Positions 29,731 through 40,014 of a stretch of 64,000 nt of DNA are shown here, one piece after another. How positions within the stretch are numbered: position 1 is the stretch's first letter; each line of letters begins with the position of its first letter. The DNA comes from Hyaloraphidium curvatum SAG 235-1 (Eukaryota; Fungi; Monoblepharomycota), in NCBI GenBank assembly GCA_025558095.1, contig JAIVFI010000002.1, forward strand, positions 682,001 through 746,000, in the 5' to 3' direction. The notes beneath the pieces are model-generated. The model was not told the origin of the DNA, made no database searches, and saw only the letters and a program-made list of their open reading frames with translations. The position numbers and the translations under genes are program-made.

Positions 29731-31468
29731 ATGCGCCTTCCCCGCCGCGCCGCGGCACTCGCCGCCATCGCTTTCTCCTTGGCCCTCTCGGCGCCCGCCG
29801 CCGCCGCCCCGCTCCGCCCGCGTCAGGCGCCGCTCGCGCGGGTCGGCACAACGGGCAACACCGCGCTCGCCTGCCAGGACGCGCCCATCGAGCTCTCTTG
29901 CGGCACCAACCAGGTGCTGGCTGTGTCCAGCGTCTTCTGTGGGTGGCGGTTGCGTGCTCCGTGATGGCTAAGCACCTGACAGTTCCCCGCTTCGGCAGAC
30001 GGCCGCGACATCGCAGGCGTGCCTGAGTCCGCCGCCGTGACTTGCTACAGCACGAACGGCAACATCTCCAACACCGCTTGCTCCGCATCGCCCGCCACCA
30101 CCGCCGCCATCGCGCTCGACCTCGCGCGCAAGTGCAACGGGCAGCAGTCGTGCTCGCCGGGGGCCGCCGCAGACTACTCCTTCCGCGCCATGTGGGGCGA
30201 TCCCTGCCCCGGCGTGAACATGTTCCTGCGCATTTCCTACGACTGTCTCGCCTCGGACCTCTTCGCGCCCGTGGTGCCCATCGCCCCGCCGGCGAGCCAC
30301 CCCACGCTGGGCAACCGCCGCCCGGCAACGTTCAGCGGCGACAAGTGCCCGCTCATGAGGCAGGCCGTTTCCAACAACACCCTCGCTGCCCTTCAGTGGC
30401 AGGCAAGGCTGCAGCCCGGCAACCTCACCCTTGACTTTATTGACGTGGACATGTCGGACCTCGACGGCTGGCTGCAGCGCAACACCAACGGCGCCGCCGG
30501 ACTCGCCACAACCCGCTACGCGCATCCGCGCGGTGAACGCCATCTTCCACGGGACCAAGGTCTCGATCGGCGAGTCCAGCGGCAACTTCACCGACGTCGA
30601 GATCGTCGCCGCCAACATCATCGCACTGAACGGCAGCATCCTCTCGGTGCACTCGAGCGGACCCGATGCGGCGGGCACTTTCGGCCCGCGGGTCGTGATC
30701 CGGGCCGCCCGCGTCTTCGGCACCCTTTCGGTTGAGCAGAACCGCATGCCGGCCGGGTACCCGCAGGTCAACCAGGGTGCGATGGATCTTGCCAGCTGTG
30801 AGTCCCAGCCTTGCGCGCCGATCCACCGTCGCTTACCGTCACTCGCGCCGCAGGGCCGCTCAACCCCGTCGCTACCCCTTTCAACACGGCATGCGAGTTT
30901 TTCGACCCGAACGAGAAGAACGGCTGGTTCAGCCTCTACATGAAGGCCTACAGCTGTTCTGCCCTCCTCGGCCCCAACGGCAACTACAGCGGTGCCTTCT
31001 TCCCCTTCTGCGTCTCGTACACCGGCTCGAACCCCCAGTCCGGGCTCTCCCTCTACGGACTCTCGTTCTACGGAAGCCAGTGGGCCAAGGCGCCCGTGAC
31101 CAACGACGGCGCCGGGTTCAGCTTCAACACGGACCGCATTGCCTGGCCCGGGAAGCCCGCGCGCGGCAGCCTCGCCAAGCAGGTCCTCGCTTCGCACGAC
31201 GCCGAGGGCACCATCGGCACCGGCGGAGGGGGCATCACGGGCACCGCGGACTACACCATCCAAGTTCTTGGTGGAGCAGTCTCCTTTGGGCCCGCAGTGG
31301 GACTGGACCGGCGTGTGGGGCGTGCAGGTCGAGGTGTGGGGCTTCGGGCGGAACGCACCCGGCGCGGCGAGGCTGGGCTCGCGGCAGGTGTGCGATGTTT
31401 GCTCCAACATCAACCCGGAGACGGCGTCCAAGCCGGGGTCGCTGATCCCGCAGCCGGGGGGGAAGTGA
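29731..31468 (+). CDS. Secreted protein with SUEL/rhamnose-binding lectin domain; two apparent frameshifts (about 30520 and 31290)
   Basis: Signal peptide; AC..IELSC..V...YGR and GDPCPG..L.ISYDC lectin motifs; introns near 29940-29998 and 30798-30853. Confidence 0.7.
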
Positions 31469-31771
31469 AGGGCCGCTCGACTGGGGCGTCCTGACTGTGT
31501 CGATCATCTGATTATTCATTCCTTCGTTGTATCGTTGATGAATTGCCATCTTGCTGCTCTCCTGCACCTTTCCTGTTCCCCGCAACCAACTTTTGAGCCG
31601 TAGATTCGGCGGGCGGAGCTGAATGCTGGGAGATAGACCGGCAAACTTCGCCACAAAACAATCTTGCGTTCGGTCCGCACCCGAGGCAGCCTTGCGGTCT
31701 TGGAAAGCGCGGAGTTGCTCGGCGTGCCGCACGAACCGGCTCGTGAACGCGTCCGCGATTACCGAGGAACC

Positions 31772-32743
31772 ATGGCCCCCGGCCCGTTCTCCAACCGCGT
31801 CACGGCGCTGCTCGGCATCGAGCATCCCATCCTGCTCGCCCCGATGGATATGGTTGCGTGCGGGCGGCTCGCGGCGGCCGTCTCCCGTGCGGGCGGCCTG
31901 GGCATCCTCGGCGGCGGCTACGCGAACGCGGACGCGTGGCTCGAGCAGGAGCTTGCCGCCGCACAGGACGAGCGCGTCGGCGTCGGGTTCATCACCTGGA
32001 GCCTCGCCAAGCACCCGCAGCAGCTGGACATTGCGCTCCGCCACAAGCCGGCCGCGATCATGCTTTCGTTCGGCGACCCGCGTCCGTTCGCTGGCAAGAT
32101 CAAATCCGCGGGGCTGCCGCTCATATGCCAGGTGCAGACGCTGACGCAGGCGCGCGAGGCGGCCGAGGCCGGTGCGGACATCATCGTCGCCCAGGGCACG
32201 GAAGCCGGCGGCCACGGCCAGTCGCTCCCCCTGTTCTCCTTCCTACCCGCCGTGGTCGATGGGTGCCCGGGGATCCCGATCGTGGCCGCCGGGGGCGTCG
32301 CGGACGGCCGCGGGCTCGCGGCGGCGCTGGCGCTCGGTGCCCAGGGCGTGCTGGTCGGCACGCGCTTCTACGCGTCGCAGGAGGCCGCCGTCCACCCGGC
32401 GGCGAAGCAGCGCGTGGTGGAAGCCCAGGCGGGGGACTCGGTGCGATCGGTCGTCTTTGACATTTCGCGGAGGAACGTGTGGCCTTCTCCGTACACGGGG
32501 CGGGTGCTCAGGAACAAGCACGCGGAGAGGTGGCTCGGCAGGGAGGTCGAGCTCCTGCAGAACGCGGAGGAGGAGTCGGCAAAGTTCTTTGCCGCCCGCG
32601 AAGCAGGGGACTTCGACATCGCGGCCGTGATTGCGGGGGAGGCGAGCGCCCTGATCCACGATGTGCCTCCGGCAGGCGTGATTGTGAAGAGGATCGTTGA
32701 GGAGGCGGTTGCGATCCTCGGCAAGCTAGCTCCGCGGTTGTAG
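31772..32743 (+). CDS. Nitronate monooxygenase / 2-nitropropane dioxygenase-like flavoprotein
   Basis: PILLAPM, AGGLGILG, QGTEAGGH, AAGGVADGRG and GVLVGTRF motifs; intronless. Confidence 0.92.
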   Translation: MAPGPFSNRVTALLGIEHPILLAPMDMVACGRLAAAVSRAGGLGILGGGYANADAWLEQELAAAQDERVGVGFITWSLAKHPQQLDIALRHKPAAIMLSFGDPRPFAGKIKSAGLPLICQVQTLTQAREAAEAGADIIVAQGTEAGGHGQSLPLFSFLPAVVDGCPGIPIVAAGGVADGRGLAAALALGAQGVLVGTRFYASQEAAVHPAAKQRVVEAQAGDSVRSVVFDISRRNVWPSPYTGRVLRNKHAERWLGREVELLQNAEEESAKFFAAREAGDFDIAAVIAGEASALIHDVPPAGVIVKRIVEEAVAILGKLAPRL

Positions 32744-32944
32744 CGTCGGTGCGCAACTGTGCCTGTAGAGCCTTTACTCAACTGCGTCTCGCTCGTTCTC
32801 TCGCGCTACCATGTGGCTGTCTTGATCGTCCTCGCGCGAGGTTCTTCGAGGTCGCAGGCGGGCGGAGCGCTGCGTCAACACCCCTCGCTCGAACCGCGCA
32901 GCCCGCCCCTTTCCCGCCCCTCCTCCCCTCCTCCCGCATCCGAA

Positions 32945-33929
32945 ATGTCCGTCCGCCCCCCCGCCATCATCTCCTCCGCCCCCGTCTCGTACGCGCGCCC
33001 CCCCCGCGCGCCCTCGCCCCCGCCGGCGCCCAAGCGGCGGCGCGACCCCTCCGCCGTGCACGTCCAGCCCACCGCCGTCGCCCCCGTCTCGCAGATCAAG
33101 ATCCGGAAGGACCACCACCGCGTGCTCAAGGCCCCGATGGCGAAGGCGGCCAGGAAGAAGGGGTCGCAGCTGTGCCCGCGGTGCGGGCAGCCGGTGCCGC
33201 AGGACGAGCTGGAGAGGCACATGCGGATCGAGCTGCTGGACCCGAAGTGGAGGGAGCAGAGGGAGAAGGAGGTGGAGTGGAAGAGGACGAGGAATTTGGA
33301 CGACGCTGGTGGGTTGGAGGGCCGTGTGCTGGGGAAGCTGAGCGGGGGCTGACTTCTCGCCGTCCCGCTCCAGCGGTGGCCAAGGTGCTGTCCAACATCA
33401 GCGAGTTCAGGACGGATATTTTCGACGAGAAGGAGCCGGTGGACGTGAGGAAAAAGGTGCGTGTCTTGCCGGGTCGCCTTTCCTCGATGTCGTGCCTCCT
33501 GACCCCCCGTTTCCCACTTCCCCCTTCCAGCTGAAGGAACTCGAATCCGCGCAGGCCACGCGCGAGCTCCAGGCCTGGGACGGCCACACCGCCACCGCGC
33601 GGCACGTCGCCGAGGCCGCCGTCGGCGGGCTCAGCTACGAGGAGCGGCAGCGGGACATGCTCCGCCGGCGCGGGCAGCTGGTCGAGGGGCCGACGGTCGG
33701 CGTGCAGGTGCCGGACGAGCTGCTGGAGCGGGCGCCGCGGAGGGACGAGTGGGAGGCGATCCTGGGGCCGGGCGCGGTGCCGCCCGTCGCGCTGGCGTAC
33801 GGGCTGCCGGTGGGGGGGATGCAGGTGGATCCGGCGCAGAGGGCGGCGGAGATGGCGCTGTATGCGCAGCAGACGGAGCGGTACGCGCGGGGAGGGTACG
33901 ACGCGAGCTGGTACTCAGGACGGAGGTGA
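32945..33929 (+). CDS. Short SF3A1/Prp21-like protein lacking SURP domains; introns about 33309-33373 and 33457-33530
   Basis: CPRCGQ.VP..E...HMRIELLDPKW.EQ, RTDIF and WDGH match the SF3A1 central region. Confidence 0.7.
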
Positions 33930-34865
33930 TTTCAGCCTTCGGGTGGGCGCGTTTCTATGTGGCTGCTTCTGTCGACATGGATGAATTGACGATTATCGAC
34001 ACCAAATGAATGCCGTCCGGGAGTCGAAAGTGCGCGGTCCGTTTAGTGAAACGGGATCTAGGGGTCGAGCGGCCATCCTGTGTGGCGGGCCGGGGACGGA
34101 GCCGTTTGCGCACTCCGGGGGCTCGGCAAGACGCGCAAAACACGCGTGTAATGTTGCTTGGTCGTTCACGACTGTGTTTTCCAAGTTCCGGGGCGATCCG
34201 AGGCGTGGGGTGGCGCCGGCGTCTCACGGAAGGTCTTCGAAGGGGCGTCGGGTGGCTGGAGGCGGAGACCAACCGGCGACCCGTTCTTCCGCGCCGGATT
34301 CGCAAGACTTCCAGGTCATCACACAGCACCACTTTCCAACCCCACCCCCGCTCCCGCCCGGCCAGAACCGGGCCGCCGGAGCCCCCGCATTCGCCACCCG
34401 CGCCCGCACGCCCGCATCGCCGGCCGCCGTTGCGCAAGCCGCCCCGGGACCGCCGACCCGGATTTGCCAATAGGTGCGTGCGCCCCTCCGCCCCCCGGCC
34501 CGTCCGCCGCCGCCCGCCCCCGCACCGATGCGGCCGCTGCCGGTGCGCCGCTGCCCGCCCGGCCCCGCCGCTGCCCGCCGGGGCCGCCGGGGCGCTTCCC
34601 CACCGCGCGCTGAGAGCGCCCCGGCACCCCCGGCCACACCTTAAGGCGGCGGCGGCAGACCCCGCGGAATGGCGTGGTTGTGCTGCGGAACGCCCGCCGC
34701 CGCCGTCGCCGGGTGGCCGGGGCCCGCGGCGCAGCGGGGCAGCGGGGGCGCCGGGCCGGCCGGGATTCATCTCGTTTCCAAACCAATCGCGCTGACCTCC
34801 CCGCCCTCCCAGGCCCAAATCTGATACCCGGTCACACTCCCACGGCGCAGCCCGCCCTCCCCGCA

Positions 34866-37454
34866 ATGGCGCTGCCCGCACAGCCCCGCGGCCGCCGCCT
34901 CAGGGCGCCCGCCGCGAGCGCCAGCCCGCCGCCCCCGGCAGGCCCGCTCGCGCTCTCCAAGGACGACTTCGACATGGCGCGCAGCGTCGTCAACGGCCTC
35001 GTGCGCCACGAGGACGCAGGCCCGGTGCTCTACGGCGCTGGCGGCACCCTGCCGGCGCCCGCCCTGTCCGAGGTCGAGGCCCGCCTCAAGGACCGCGCCA
35101 CCGCCGCCGCGCACTACTCGTCGCTGGCGCAGGTGGTCGCAGACCTGCGCGCCATGTTCGCCACCGCTCGCGCGCCGCTGGATCCCGCCGACGCATCGGC
35201 CGCCCCCGTGCGCAGGATGCTGCGCTCGCTGGAGGGCTTCCTGGACTGGCAGCTGCTCAAGCTGGACGAGGGCGTCGTGCGCGCGTTGGACGACGCAGGG
35301 GTGCTCCGAGGCGGCGCGCCCGTCATCGCCGCCGCCCCGGAGGCACCCGCCAATGCCCGCTCGCCGAGCCCCGCCCCTTCGACCGCAACCGGCTCCGAGC
35401 TGAGCAGCGTCGCGGACCCGACCGAGGACTCTGACGGCGCCGGCGACGAATCGGACGCAGAGGATGCGCTGTCCGAGTCGAGCGAGTCGGAGGACTCGGA
35501 AGAGGAGGAGCAGGAAGCCGCCAAGCCCAAGCGCACCCGCCGCCGCGCCGAGAGCGAGGACGAGCTCACGGCGCACGAAGCCGACGGCGGCGAGGATGCG
35601 CAGGACGATGCGCCCGCCGACGGCGGCGACGACCCGGACGATGAGGCCTCGGACGGCTACGCACCCCCCGCCCGCCCCGCCAAGCCCGCCTCCCGCCCCC
35701 GTGCCCGCCCGCGGAGCAGGACCAAGAAGCAGAAGAAGCCCGCGCCGCCCGCCGTCGCATCGGTCCCCGGCCCCGGCGCCGCGGAGCTGGTCGCCCTCGC
35801 GCTGCAGCGCCACGGCGCCTCGGGGCCCGAGGTCACCCAGTTCCCCGAGCCCTCGGACCAGCCCCGCCGGTGCTACCTCTGCGGCTGCGGCTCGACGCCC
35901 ATGTGGCGGCACGGCCCGCGCGAGTTCATCGTGCTCTGCAACGCGTGCGGGGTCAAGTGGAAGCGCAACAAGATCCTCAGGCAGTACCCGCACCAGGTCT
36001 ACAAGCCCGTGCACTTTGCGCCCCGCGCCGACACCATCTCGGGCGGCCTGGTGCGCGCCAAGCAGGCCGCCGAGCGCGCGGCCAAGGCCGAGAAGGACAG
36101 GGCCAGGGCGGAGAAGGTGGCAGCCAAGGCCGAGGGCGCCAAGCCGAGCAGGGGCGAGCGCGCCGAGCGCAAGGAGCGCAAGGCTGCCGAGACCAGGTCC
36201 AAGGATGCGCAGCCGGCAGTCAAGGTCGAGGTGACGGCCCCCGCGCCCGAGGTGACCGCCCCCGTGCGCGAGCCCAGCCCGGCCCCGGTTCCCGCCATCG
36301 TCGTCGCACCCCCTGCACCGGCCGTCGCCGCGGCGAGCCCCGCTCCCCAGCCCGCCGCTCCCGCTCCCACCGCCGTCGCACCCGCGGTTCAGAGCAAGGA
36401 CAAATCCAAGGCCAAGCGCCCCGCCTCGGTCGCCCGCACCTCGATCGCCCGGCCCTTCGCCGCCTCCTCGATCGCCAAGCGCGCCGCGGCCGGCGACGCC
36501 GCCAGCAAGATCGGCCGCGAGAAGGAGGTCGAGCGGCGCAGGGGCAGCAGCGCCGCCCCCGAGGACTCTGCGCTCCCCGCCCCGAAGCGCGACCGCAAGC
36601 GCTCGCGGGCGAGGCACGCGAGGCCGCTGCCCCCGCCCCCGCCGCCGCCGACCGAGATCGAGGAGTACAGCGAGGTCGAGAGCTCGGGCGACGAGGACGA
36701 CGGGCCGGCGTTCCCGACCCTGGCCGAGTTCGACGCCGCGCAGGCGGCCGCCACGCCCGTGCGCAGGCCTTCGTTCGGGTTCGGCAGCGTCGCCGCCGTG
36801 CAGCCCGAGCCGCAGCATGCGCTGGACGAGATGGAGTTCGAGTTCGGCCCCGGGTACGACCTGACCGTGTTCGAGCCGGCTCAGATGGACGATTTCGAGT
36901 GGCTGCGGTTCCCCGACGCCGGCGACGCCTCGGCCCTCGCAGCCACCTCGGCGCCGATCCCCGTGCCCACCCCGCGCCCGCGCTCGGCAGCGCAGGAGCT
37001 CTCCCCGCCCCCCAGCCCCTTCCTGGGCGGCTTCCGCGCCGATTCCCCGGCCACCGCCGGTCCGGGCATCGGCGTCGGCGGCGTCGCCCTGGCCCCGCAC
37101 CCGGCCATGCCCTCGTCGTGCGCGCTCCCCGAGATCGCGGGCAGCCTGCTTTCGGACTGCACGCTGGCGTGCGATGCCCCTTCCCCCCTCTCCGGCCCCG
37201 CCACCGACGCCTCGGTCCCGGGCCCCGTCGCGGCCGACGCCGACGGCGACCTCGCCCGCCGCCTCACCGGCTTCCTCGAGCGCGCCCCGCGCCACCAGCT
37301 CCCCCACGTGGTCTCCATCCTCGCGCGCAAGCTCGGCGGTGGCGCCATGGCGGCGCTCATGCGCGGCGAGACGCTGGCGCTGGACGTGAGCCACTGGGGC
37401 CGCGGGGACTGGGAGGAGATCGCGAGGGAGCTGGCCATGGACCTCGGCAGCTGA
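34866..37454 (+). CDS. GATA zinc-finger protein with degenerate bromodomain-like N-terminus and ET-like C-terminus
   Basis: C-x2-C-x18-C-x2-C (CYLCGCGSTPMWRHGP...LCNACG); LSEVEARLK..YSS...VADLRAMF; L..VVSIL...E.LALDV. Confidence 0.85.
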   Translation: MALPAQPRGRRLRAPAASASPPPPAGPLALSKDDFDMARSVVNGLVRHEDAGPVLYGAGGTLPAPALSEVEARLKDRATAAAHYSSLAQVVADLRAMFATARAPLDPADASAAPVRRMLRSLEGFLDWQLLKLDEGVVRALDDAGVLRGGAPVIAAAPEAPANARSPSPAPSTATGSELSSVADPTEDSDGAGDESDAEDALSESSESEDSEEEEQEAAKPKRTRRRAESEDELTAHEADGGEDAQDDAPADGGDDPDDEASDGYAPPARPAKPASRPRARPRSRTKKQKKPAPPAVASVPGPGAAELVALALQRHGASGPEVTQFPEPSDQPRRCYLCGCGSTPMWRHGPREFIVLCNACGVKWKRNKILRQYPHQVYKPVHFAPRADTISGGLVRAKQAAERAAKAEKDRARAEKVAAKAEGAKPSRGERAERKERKAAETRSKDAQPAVKVEVTAPAPEVTAPVREPSPAPVPAIVVAPPAPAVAAASPAPQPAAPAPTAVAPAVQSKDKSKAKRPASVARTSIARPFAASSIAKRAAAGDAASKIGREKEVERRRGSSAAPEDSALPAPKRDRKRSRARHARPLPPPPPPPTEIEEYSEVESSGDEDDGPAFPTLAEFDAAQAAATPVRRPSFGFGSVAAVQPEPQHALDEMEFEFGPGYDLTVFEPAQMDDFEWLRFPDAGDASALAATSAPIPVPTPRPRSAAQELSPPPSPFLGGFRADSPATAGPGIGVGGVALAPHPAMPSSCALPEIAGSLLSDCTLACDAPSPLSGPATDASVPGPVAADADGDLARRLTGFLERAPRHQLPHVVSILARKLGGGAMAALMRGETLALDVSHWGRGDWEEIARELAMDLGS

Positions 37455-37710
37455 ACCTTCGTCGAAAAGGACCCTTAGACGGTAGACGAGAGCGGGACAT
37501 CCCGCAAGCTCTTTCTTCCGGCAGTCAAGCAGTGTCTGGCATCGTCAATCATTGTGTCGGCAACCCAGTAACAGCACCACCCGAAAAATCCTAGATGTAA
37601 ATAGCGGATCCTGTATTCCCTGCGTCATCGTGATAATACCGTGAAACCCCAAATGACACCCATGCGCCGCAGTCCGTGTCACAGAATAGAGAGCAGTCCG
37701 ATCGTGCAGG

Positions 37711-38885
37711 TCAGCCCAGGAGTGAGTCGAGCATGGCCCGCGCGTCCGATTCGAACGCCGCCACCCGTCCCCTTATCCACTTCTCCGTTCCGTCCGGCGT
37801 AATGCTCCCAGCCTCAGGCCTGGCGGCTTCGAGCGCGACCTTGGCCAGCGCCGACAGCTCCTTCCCCGCCTCGGCCGTCCGTGCCGGCGCCCTATTCCTA
37901 GCTTCGGCGACAGTCGACGAAACAGCCTTTCGCAGGGCGAGATCGAGTGCGTGCATCGCGGAGCGGGTGTTGGCTTCCCTGTCCTTGGCCTGTTCCAGAA
38001 AAGTGAGCTGGGGAAGCAGATTCGCGGGATTCGAGCCCACCTTGGCAGCTTCCTCCTCCTCCCTCGCCCGGCCCCTCCTCTCCCACTCCTCGGCCACCTC
38101 CCGGGCGCGAGGTATGGCTCCGAGCACGAGCTCCCACAGCCGTTCGGCGTGCCCGTCCCACGACGGCCCGACTGCCACCGCCGCCGCCTCCCACCATTCA
38201 CCCGGGGGTTCCAGGCGGGCAGCCATCCGCCGGATAATGTCTTCGGGAACTCGGACGTCGGGCGGTCGGAGCGCGTTGCGCTCCAGGCAGGTTTCCAGGG
38301 GCGTGGCGAGGTACAAGAGGACGAGGTCCGCAGACCCTTCAAAAACGCGTCAGACGCACCGTCCGAGCCGGGCACGGTTCCGAGTAGCCCACGTTTCATG
38401 CAGATCCGGAGGACTTCGAGCCGCATGGACGAGTAGTACATGTTGTCGTCGACCAGTAGCACGTTCGAGACGCCCGGTGAGGGCGGCGCGGCGAGGAACG
38501 CGTCGATCTCGCGCAGCGCCGCGGCCCGGGCCTCGCGGAACGTCGCATCGTCGTCGTCGCCGCGATTCCGGGGCTCAGTGCCGGTGGTGTCGGCCGCGGG
38601 CGCGGTCCATTCCGGCGCGAGCGCGTCGAACTCGGCCTCCCCGACGCGCGCGCCCGCGGCCCGGAGGTGCCCGGCGAGAGCGCGGCGGGCAAATGATTTG
38701 CCGGCGCCGGGGAGGCCGATGAAGAGAACCACGGTCGGGTGCCGAGTCAGTTCGAGGATGGATGCGATTTCTTCGCCACTGGACCTGGAATTCACCGAGT
38801 GAGGAGACGGCCCTCAGGACGCTTCTCGCAAACAGCTTCCAAGTGGCGTAGCCCGGGAACGGCTCCCCTGAGATACATCGTCCAT
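37711..38885 (-). CDS. PSTK: O-phosphoseryl-tRNA(Sec) kinase-like protein; intron 38337-38392; start uncertain (in-frame TGA at 38816-38814)
   Basis: GLPGAGKS P-loop; LLVDDNMYYSSMR (PSTK-type, unlike KTI12); CLERNALR; RLEPP; C-terminal LDLALRK.VS. Confidence 0.8.
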
Positions 38886-38985
38886 CTGCTGCGATTGGAT
38901 CCCGAGCGCCTCTGCCCGATTTGGGAGAGGCTGCAAACGGGATTCGGGACGCACCGGTTCCCTCCTCGGACACTTCCTCGGCTAG

Positions 38986-39963
38986 ATGGCGGCGTCGGGG
39001 TTCAAATTGTGGCCAGCTCGGACGTGGCTGGCTGCTGCTGGATGCCTGGTAACGGTCTACACCCTGCAAGTACTCTCTGCGGGGTCGCAGATTCCCGTCT
39101 GCCCGTTGCCCGGATCCCTGCCGGCTCCCCGCATCGTGCCGGCCAAGATCACCTCGCAGGCCGGCCAGGATGGTGCCATAAGGTCCATTTTTGAGGCGAT
39201 TGGCACCCGTTCTGAGCCTTTCTACGTGGAGTTTGGGTTCAACGCTCCATCCTTCGAAGGGGGAAGCGGTGCCAACACATACCAGCTCCATCTACGAGGC
39301 TGGCGGGGCCTTCTTATGGATGGAGGCAACGAAAACGCCACAATCAACTTGCGCAAGCACATGCTGACCCCCGAAAACGTGTGCGGACTGTTCCGGACCT
39401 ACAGCGTGCCGCTGGACCTCGATTACCTATCGGTGGACGTCGACGGCCTCGATCTCTGGATCCTGCGCGCCTTGTTCCAGTGCGGATTCCGCCCGCGCCT
39501 GGTCACCATCGAATACAACCCCAACCTCCCAGCCTCGTCGTGCCTCACGGTGGCACCAGATGCGAAAAAGCCGGGGTCCATATGCGCAACGGAAAGAAGT
39601 ACTACACCAAGGTATTTGGATCGAGTCTTGGCTCGGTGGAGAGGTTGGCAAGCTCGCATGGGTACGGGCTCGTGTACGTGCAGCATATACTGGACGCCTT
39701 CCTCGTGCGGTGCGATCTGCTGGTGGCGGCCGGAGCCTCGCCAATGCCCCTCCAAGATCGGGAGCGGTACGGATGTCATGGTAACCACCGCGCGATCGCG
39801 CCATCCGAGGCCGGGAGCTTCGTCGACTTTCGGGGCCGAGGCTGGCGGCAGTACAGCGCTGGAGCGCGCGCGCGAGAAGGCGGTGCGTGAAGTGATGCGC
39901 CAGGGCCAAAGAGGGAGCCCTTGCAGCGTCACGATCGTGGATCCAATGGCCGAGCCGGGATAG
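38986..39963 (+). CDS. FkbM-like SAM-dependent methyltransferase-fold protein with N-terminal anchor; apparent frameshift(s)
   Basis: SQAGQDG, YVEFG, GWRGLLMDG, DYLSVDVDG.D and IEYN motifs. The expected continuation (GSSL...GYGLV..DAFLVR) is in another frame from about 39570. Confidence 0.7.
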   Translation: MAASGFKLWPARTWLAAAGCLVTVYTLQVLSAGSQIPVCPLPGSLPAPRIVPAKITSQAGQDGAIRSIFEAIGTRSEPFYVEFGFNAPSFEGGSGANTYQLHLRGWRGLLMDGGNENATINLRKHMLTPENVCGLFRTYSVPLDLDYLSVDVDGLDLWILRALFQCGFRPRLVTIEYNPNLPASSCLTVAPDAKKPGSICATERSTTPRYLDRVLARWRGWQARMGTGSCTCSIYWTPSSCGAICWWRPEPRQCPSKIGSGTDVMVTTARSRHPRPGASSTFGAEAGGSTALERAREKAVREVMRQGQRGSPCSVTIVDPMAEPG

Positions 39964-40014
39964 GCATTGATAATTCATTCCGCGCATGATGCACAACTGC
40001 GCCCCTGTGATCGC

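Noticed and set aside
34767-37394. Long antisense or overlapping ORFs (875 aa here; also 52011-53810, 51764-54064, 25933-27309)
   Set aside because: Shadow frames of GC-rich coding genes with low-complexity Arg/Gly/Ala translations and no motifs.
37455-37710. SECIS element downstream of PSTK
   Set aside because: ATGA/GA motifs exist on the minus strand, but I could not build the required helix and apical AA by eye.
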